The position numbers were made by a program, and so were the translations under genes. Below are positions 37,893-43,562 of a stretch of 43,562 nt of DNA, one piece after another. The notes under the pieces are model-generated. The model saw nothing but the letters and a program-made list of their open reading frames with translations, was not told the origin of the DNA and ran no database searches. The first letter of the stretch is position 1, and the number at the start of each line of letters is the position of its first letter. This DNA comes from Promethearchaeota archaeon (GTDB lineage: Archaea > Asgardarchaeota > Lokiarchaeia > Sigyniarchaeales > SOKP01), in contig JAEOSU010000003.1 in NCBI GenBank assembly GCA_016840165.1, positions 1 through 43,562 of the forward strand, in the 5' to 3' direction.

Positions 37893-39050
37893 GTGAATAT
37901 TAAAGAAGCCAATGAATTAATCACTAAAGCATCAGAATTGGTTGATTATCAAGTATCTAAACGTGGTCTTCTAGAAAGCCAATTATTCCCAGTTACGGCT
38001 TATATCTGCGTGTCATTTTATAATGCCTATGATATGCTTTATGACGTGTTGAGTAGGGTTGCGAAAAAAACTACACCTGAGAAAATGGGTAAGGAAAGTA
38101 GAAAAATTCTTTCAGAAATTCATGCTTTAAGTATCTTTTATCTTCCCTTATATTACATGGTGGGACGGATGGGAGAGATTTCGAGAAAAAATGGTGATTC
38201 ACATTCAGAATCCGAGGATAAGAGAGAGCAAACTATGTTTATTCTTGACTTCTGGAATCGATTAGCTCGTTCCTATTTCCAAAATAACCAATTATCAGTT
38301 TATGATTCTAATAAGAAAAATGTAGCTCTCGACCAGCCAGATATCGACTGGGTTAAGGATAGAATTACCAATATTTCTGGTGATGAGGCAAAATCAATAA
38401 AAAGAACTATGGCTAATTTAGAAACCATCTCTTTTTTAGATGAATGTGAAGCACGAGCAAAAATATGTGATCATGGCCCCTATGACGTAAAAAATAATGA
38501 GATATTGGTATTTCGAGAAATTTCACATTTATATGCAGGAGGAAAGCCTCATTTTTCTTGGTCTGAAACGAAAGCAAAAGCGCCGTATCCCAATATTGCA
38601 TTTGTATATCGTTTAAAAGATGTGGAGACGACTTTTGATGATTTTGCTACACTTGAAACTAATCCTGGTGACTTTTCAGACCATATTACTGGAGTAGGTC
38701 TATTCACGAGAGATGGAAATACTGTTGAATCTATTGGTTTGGATGAACTTCCTGCTTTTAACGATTATGCAGTTCAAGCTAATAAGGAATTGTTTCTTAA
38801 ATTTTCAAAATGGGACAGAAAGCAACGCCTCATCGCAGGAGCGTACGCCTATTGTTACGGTTATGCAAGATATACCAATTTTGTGGGGATCACAGATGAG
38901 ATTAATTGGGATCTGACAGAAAGAACAATGCAAAAGTATATCCCAGAATTTATGGAATCTGATTTTGATCCTGGAATCCCACGCTTAATGAGAAGTAAGG
39001 CAAAAAAGAGAAGAGAGGGCCCATCACTTTATCTGTTGCCAGAGGATTAA
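37893..39050 (+). CDS. Uncharacterised protein, candidate substrate-binding subunit of the split dikinase
   Basis: 385-aa soluble ORF divergent from the His/ATP-grasp genes; motifs LESQLFPVTAY, DFW, R..ICDHGPY, FSWS, DFATL. Confidence 0.6.
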   Translation: MNIKEANELITKASELVDYQVSKRGLLESQLFPVTAYICVSFYNAYDMLYDVLSRVAKKTTPEKMGKESRKILSEIHALSIFYLPLYYMVGRMGEISRKNGDSHSESEDKREQTMFILDFWNRLARSYFQNNQLSVYDSNKKNVALDQPDIDWVKDRITNISGDEAKSIKRTMANLETISFLDECEARAKICDHGPYDVKNNEILVFREISHLYAGGKPHFSWSETKAKAPYPNIAFVYRLKDVETTFDDFATLETNPGDFSDHITGVGLFTRDGNTVESIGLDELPAFNDYAVQANKELFLKFSKWDRKQRLIAGAYAYCYGYARYTNFVGITDEINWDLTERTMQKYIPEFMESDFDPGIPRLMRSKAKKRREGPSLYLLPED

Positions 39051-39055
39051 ATAGG

Positions 39056-39976
39056 ATGGATAAAAAAGGTTTTTCTAGAAGATTAAATGGGTCTGATGAA
39101 TATCTTCATAACCCTACTAAGGAATTAAAATGGCGTGAGTCTTATTATTTTAACTGGGTGGATTTAGAAAACAAAATATCCGGTTTTTCTACAATAGGGA
39201 TTTTACCAAATGAAAAGCGTCGTGAATTTGTATTCTTCTTATTTTTAAAGGATAGAAATGAGACCTACTATAAAGAACCATTTTTAGATAAATTTGATGA
39301 AGATATCAATACGATGCTACGAGAGAAGAAACTTAGTTATGTCTTGATTGATCCTTTTAAAGAATGGCAAATCAATTATGTCTCAAGGAAATTGAGTTTT
39401 AATATCACCTTTGAGACCAGATTTCCCACCTATAATTTTGGAGTTGACTCTTCAGCTTCTTGGCACCAACATTTTGAGGCATCAGGGAAGATTTCTGGGG
39501 TTATAAATTTTAAGAATGGAAAAAGTATAAAAATTAGCGGTTATGGTCAAAGAGATAAAAGTTGGGGATATCGAGATTGGCATCAATTTGACAAATGGTA
39601 TGCGGGTCATTATCAATTTAAAAAGTGGGCATGTGCTTTTCGAAAAGATAAAATTAAACAGAAAATTGACCTCTCGGGACACATTTCTAATAAATCGGGC
39701 AATATACCTTTAAAAGAAGTCTCAATTGAAACTGAACTAGATAGAGATCAATTTAAGAGCCCTCTCTCAAGTATTTATAAAATAACGGATATAGATGATA
39801 ACCATTATAGGATTAAAGCTCAGAGAATTAAGAATAATTCTTTTATTCGCTTTGTGAGAGAGTTTGACGGAGGTTCCACTGAATTATTTGAACAAATGGT
39901 AATTATGGAAGATTTGGATACAGGGGAGATTGGGTCTGGTATGATGGAACATTTAAGAACAATACCAATTAAATAA
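39056..39976 (+). CDS. Lipocalin-like/tocopherol-cyclase/CrtC-like double beta-barrel protein
   Basis: WRESYYFNW, HFEASG, GYGQRDKSWGYRDW, terminal GSGMMEH. Confidence 0.65.
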   Translation: MDKKGFSRRLNGSDEYLHNPTKELKWRESYYFNWVDLENKISGFSTIGILPNEKRREFVFFLFLKDRNETYYKEPFLDKFDEDINTMLREKKLSYVLIDPFKEWQINYVSRKLSFNITFETRFPTYNFGVDSSASWHQHFEASGKISGVINFKNGKSIKISGYGQRDKSWGYRDWHQFDKWYAGHYQFKKWACAFRKDKIKQKIDLSGHISNKSGNIPLKEVSIETELDRDQFKSPLSSIYKITDIDDNHYRIKAQRIKNNSFIRFVREFDGGSTELFEQMVIMEDLDTGEIGSGMMEHLRTIPIK

Positions 39977-39989
39977 TTAATATAATAAG

Positions 39990-41654
39990 GTGATAAAAAT
40001 GGTAAAATTTAAACGAGGCCACCTCTATTATCCTGAAATTCCAATTCATGCTTTACTTGAAGATACTGCAAAAAGATTTCCTAATAGAAATGCTTTTGTT
40101 TATCCAAAGAAAATGACTTTTAAGGAGCTTAAAAGTAAAGTGGATATTTTTGCGTCTATATTGAATAATTTAGGGTTAAAAAAAGGAGATAGAGTCGCGT
40201 TATTCGGTCCAAATTCAATAGAATGGGAGATCTCTTTTTTTGGTTTAGAGAAAGTTGGAGCAATCTTAGTTCCAATGAATCCACAGTTTAAAGAAACGGA
40301 AGTAAAATATGAGTTGAATGATTCAGGTGTCGAAACGATTATTGTTTCCCACCATCTTTATTCCGTTGTAGCAACGGTTAGATCGCAAACTAACTTAAAA
40401 CATGTCATAATTATAGAGTCAGATAAAGAAAGTGTTATTAAATTACCAGAAGAGACATTAGGATGGAATCAGTTAATGAAAAATACCGCTTCAAATCCTC
40501 CAGAAGTAAGTTTTAATACTAAAGACGACCTTGCAGCTCTTGTATATACAAGTGGAACAACGGGGCTCCCTAAAGGTACAATGTTAACCCACTACAACAT
40601 TGTCTCCAATATTATTCAGATTTCTCAGATTTTTGAACTAAGTGAACTAGATGTTGCGATAATAGTACTCCCGCTTTATCACATCTATGGATTAAATGTA
40701 GGGATGAATCAAGCAGTTTGGTTAGGAGCCTCTCAAGTGGTAATTCCCCGATTTGAAGTAAAAGAATTCTGTGAATTAATTGAGAAATATCAAGTATCAT
40801 ATAGTTTATGCGTTCCACCTATTTTTTTAGCAGTTGTCAGACACCTTGAAGAACCTAACAATAAAGGATACGATTGGACAAATCTCAAAATTTTCAATAA
40901 TGGAGCGGCCCCAATACCTCTTGAACTTCTTGAAAGATTTGATAAACTTGCTAAGGAAAAATGTAATGCTCATGAAGTAACAGTTCAACATGGGTGGGGT
41001 TTAACTGAAGCCTCACCTGTAGTTGCAGTAAACCCAATGTATCGCCCCAAGATGGAATCACAAGGGACACTCATTCCCGATACCTTTCATAAAATTATTG
41101 ATTTAGAGTCAGGTAAAGAAGTAGCTAAACGAGGAGAACTGGGCGAATTAGTGATTAAAGGTCCGCAAGTTATGCTGGGCTATTGGAATAAACCAGAAGA
41201 TACTGAAAATGCTTTTTGGATTGATCCAACTACCAATGAAAAATGGTTAAGAACAGGGGATATGGCTTATATAGACGAGGAGGAATATGAACACCTCGCA
41301 GATCGCATCAAAGAGATGATTAAGTATAAGGGATGGAGTATTGCACCCGCTGAACTTGAAGATTTACTATATAAAAATCCCCACGTGTTTGATGCGGCGG
41401 TTATTGGCAAACCGTCCAAAGAATTAGATGTTGGACAAATACCAAAGGCATTTATTATGTTAAAGGAACAATCGAAAGGGAAGATTACTGAAAAAGAGAT
41501 CATGAATTGGGTAGCAGAACGGATTTCCGCATATAAAAAGATCCGAGAAGTTGAATTCGTCGATTCTATCCCAAAATCTGGTTCCGGCAAAATTTTGCGT
41601 AGAGAATTAGTGGAACTTGAGAAAAATAGATTTGATAGATCATTTAATGATTAG
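39990..41654 (+). CDS. Long-chain fatty acid/aryl-CoA ligase (ANL superfamily)
   Basis: YTSGTTGLPKG, LPLYH, GWGLTEASP, GPQVMLGYW, RTGD, DRIKEMIK, PKSGSGKILRR. Confidence 0.93.
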   Translation: MIKMVKFKRGHLYYPEIPIHALLEDTAKRFPNRNAFVYPKKMTFKELKSKVDIFASILNNLGLKKGDRVALFGPNSIEWEISFFGLEKVGAILVPMNPQFKETEVKYELNDSGVETIIVSHHLYSVVATVRSQTNLKHVIIIESDKESVIKLPEETLGWNQLMKNTASNPPEVSFNTKDDLAALVYTSGTTGLPKGTMLTHYNIVSNIIQISQIFELSELDVAIIVLPLYHIYGLNVGMNQAVWLGASQVVIPRFEVKEFCELIEKYQVSYSLCVPPIFLAVVRHLEEPNNKGYDWTNLKIFNNGAAPIPLELLERFDKLAKEKCNAHEVTVQHGWGLTEASPVVAVNPMYRPKMESQGTLIPDTFHKIIDLESGKEVAKRGELGELVIKGPQVMLGYWNKPEDTENAFWIDPTTNEKWLRTGDMAYIDEEEYEHLADRIKEMIKYKGWSIAPAELEDLLYKNPHVFDAAVIGKPSKELDVGQIPKAFIMLKEQSKGKITEKEIMNWVAERISAYKKIREVEFVDSIPKSGSGKILRRELVELEKNRFDRSFND

Positions 41655-41655
41655 T

Positions 41656-43281
41656 TCATTGATTTAGGATATACTGATCATCAATGATATCAATTTGAAA
41701 AATTTTAGCATCTAACCAAGATTCGCAAGTTTTTTGACTTGTCCAAAGCCTAGTTCCATCCCACGTGATTCCAATTGTACCTTCTGCAGCAGGGTATATT
41801 TGACCTGCAATTGTGCCATTCATGTTCCACTTAGTAAGCATTAGTTCTTCACCACACCAGAAATGAGTACCTGTCCAGGTTATTCCTCCAACCGCGGAGC
41901 CCCCGACTAAATTAATCGTTTCGATGAGATTCATGGTTTTATTGAGTTTATATATGTGTTGAGCATCTGAAAAATAAATGAATGTCCCATCTGAAGCTAC
42001 TCCGATCACAGAATCTACTCCCATTGGAATATCATACACTGCGATAATGTCAATTAAATTGCTAGCATTAGGCTGAAATTTGTAAATCTTGTTCAAAACG
42101 ATATCATGAGTCCAAAAATGTTCACCATCGTAAGCCAGACCATTAGGATTTGGGATGATATCATTTCCAAACTGTTCTTTTGTCTCAGTAGTAAGATTGA
42201 TCTTTACAAAATCTTGGGAAGAACCCTTGATAAATGAACGGTGTTCGAACTTCCAAAGGCATCCATTTACATACTCAAGACTCCAATCAAATGTTGTCTC
42301 ATTCTCCAATTTCCTAATAATTTGACGTGTCTCATCTATATCCGGATAAACATACAAATAACGATCTTCAGGATCCCCGGGAACGTATCCTAATTTCCGT
42401 GGTTCTGGATTATCATAATCCAAGTAAGGGATTGGAACAGTTCCATTACCCAGTAAATCATTTCCAGAAGTAATATTTGTTGTTGTTGGATCCAAGATGA
42501 TTTGGGCGCCTACGTCTTTGAACTTATTTTCAATGATTGTTAGATTTGAATATAAATTTCCACTCACAGCAGTCCCCGTGTAATTAACAAAATAATTACT
42601 AAATATATCCACATTAGTAGCTTCCGAATAAATCGCAAAATTTCCCCCATTAAAGATATTAAAGCGAACCGTGATATTGGGATTAAAGTCTTCTAAAGAG
42701 AGATCATGATATCCATTATCATAAATTAAGCAGGATTCAATCAATAAAGTAGATCTAGAAGAATAGACTCCCTCTGCGTGAATCCATCTAATAATAGTGT
42801 GGGATATATTAAGTCTAGATCCTCCAGATTCGATTCCAATAAACGCAAATTCGATAATAGCATACATGAATACTGATGCGTTAGTATCCATGCAGTATAT
42901 TCCCCCCCAATCTCCATTGATGGGATCTTCCGCATCTGATGTGAACCAAATCTGCTTTTCGGGAGTCCCAATCGCAATTATATTCCCACCTGTCGAGGAA
43001 ATGCTCTTTCTACTCCCTCCCTTATAACCCCTATAATGTTCGAATTCTAAAAAAGTCCCGGGTAATATGGTCAGAGTCACGTTTTTTGGAATGACTACGC
43101 TATCTTTCACATGTATGAATCCTTGCCATGTGGTATCCTCACTTAGCATGCCGCCAACTATGGTCACCTCAGGACCAGATTTGGGGCCTTGAGATAATAT
43201 TAAAATGAGTGATATTGGAGTGATTAAAACAAGGACTAGTGTAAGTAATATTAAAATTTTCTTACGGGATGTTTCGTTCAA
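41656..43281 (-). CDS. Membrane-anchored surface protein: beta-helix domain + beta-propeller-like domain
   Basis: N-terminal TM segment; AIGTPEKQIWFTS..GDWGGI beta-helix motif; repeated GLAYDG/GVASDG/GITWTG/GITWDG blades. Confidence 0.75.
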   Translation of the reverse strand: MNETSRKKILILLTLVLVLITPISLILILSQGPKSGPEVTIVGGMLSEDTTWQGFIHVKDSVVIPKNVTLTILPGTFLEFEHYRGYKGGSRKSISSTGGNIIAIGTPEKQIWFTSDAEDPINGDWGGIYCMDTNASVFMYAIIEFAFIGIESGGSRLNISHTIIRWIHAEGVYSSRSTLLIESCLIYDNGYHDLSLEDFNPNITVRFNIFNGGNFAIYSEATNVDIFSNYFVNYTGTAVSGNLYSNLTIIENKFKDVGAQIILDPTTTNITSGNDLLGNGTVPIPYLDYDNPEPRKLGYVPGDPEDRYLYVYPDIDETRQIIRKLENETTFDWSLEYVNGCLWKFEHRSFIKGSSQDFVKINLTTETKEQFGNDIIPNPNGLAYDGEHFWTHDIVLNKIYKFQPNASNLIDIIAVYDIPMGVDSVIGVASDGTFIYFSDAQHIYKLNKTMNLIETINLVGGSAVGGITWTGTHFWCGEELMLTKWNMNGTIAGQIYPAAEGTIGITWDGTRLWTSQKTCESWLDAKIFQIDIIDDQYILNQ

Positions 43282-43482
43282 CTTAAATTAAACCTCATTA
43301 GCCAATAAGCTAACAGAAGATACATTGAATTATAAGAATTATGAAATTTTTAGATTGTTCCCAATCGTACATTAATTATTTATATTGAAAAGTTTAAAAG
43401 CTAAATATAGTAAATCTATCTAATTGAATTATTATAAAATTAAATATTAACTTAAAAATTAGGAAAAGGGTGTTATGTAAGT

Positions 43483-43562
43483 TTGTGCCAATGGTGTACT
43501 AAACATGGTGCCGGAAAGAAATGGTATATGAATTCCAAGAATTATCATGCGGATCAAATCTC
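43483..43562 (+). CDS. 5' end of a probable Fe-S (4Fe-4S ferredoxin-type) protein, truncated by the window edge
   Basis: TTG start giving MCQWCTKHGAGKKWYMNSKNY, which matches a CxxCxxHGxGKKWY N-terminus I recall from Fe-S proteins; not in the ORF track. Confidence 0.6.
   Translation, partial: MCQWCTKHGAGKKWYMNSKNYHADQI

Noticed and set aside
244-43027. Short ORFs overlapping long genes (e.g. 3351-3629, 12358-12729, 14965-15435, 22116-22421, 41267-41590)
   Set aside because: Antisense or alternate-frame shadows of well-supported genes, with no motifs.
1-43562. CRISPR arrays, IS elements, rRNA, selenoprotein UGA read-through
   Set aside because: No spaced direct repeats, transposase or rRNA-like sequence seen by eye; the TGA-ending genes appear complete at their stops.

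Overview
AT-rich archaeal chromosomal segment, most likely from an Asgard archaeon (Lokiarchaeia/Promethearchaeota). This is inferred from the Rab-like and longin-fused GTPases, a roadblock protein, eukaryote-type E1/E2 ubiquitin enzymes and an intron-containing tRNA-Tyr with C1-G72. Layout: (1-11.9 kb) glycosylation cluster with GT4s, a three-gene UDP-L-QuiNAc/L-FucNAc-type pathway, two tandem Dol-P-sugar-synthase-like GT2s, two NDP-sugar epimerases and a GT-C-like membrane protein; (12-28.4 kb) region rich in eukaryotic signature proteins (roadblock, longin-GTPase, Rab-like GTPase, a 1643-aa protein with 14 helical repeats, UBA3-like E1, E2) interleaved with housekeeping genes; (28.6-36.3 kb) surface protein, tRNA-Tyr, oxidoreductase, PDCD5, HDAC, a Whirly-like protein divergent from a CoiA-like nuclease, and an unannotated structured-RNA/small-ORF unit; (36.4-41.7 kb) a split PEP-utilising dikinase-like system divergent from an unknown protein, a lipocalin-like barrel and an acyl-CoA ligase. 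Most notable: the tRNA-Tyr intron folds by hand into a K-turn hairpin whose flanks pair on both sides of U35-A36, i.e. H/ACA-guide geometry for Psi35 of its own tRNA; the split dikinase cluster; the E1/E2 genes beside the giant repeat protein; and a candidate ~175-nt ncRNA. All assignments come from motif reading; no searches were run.
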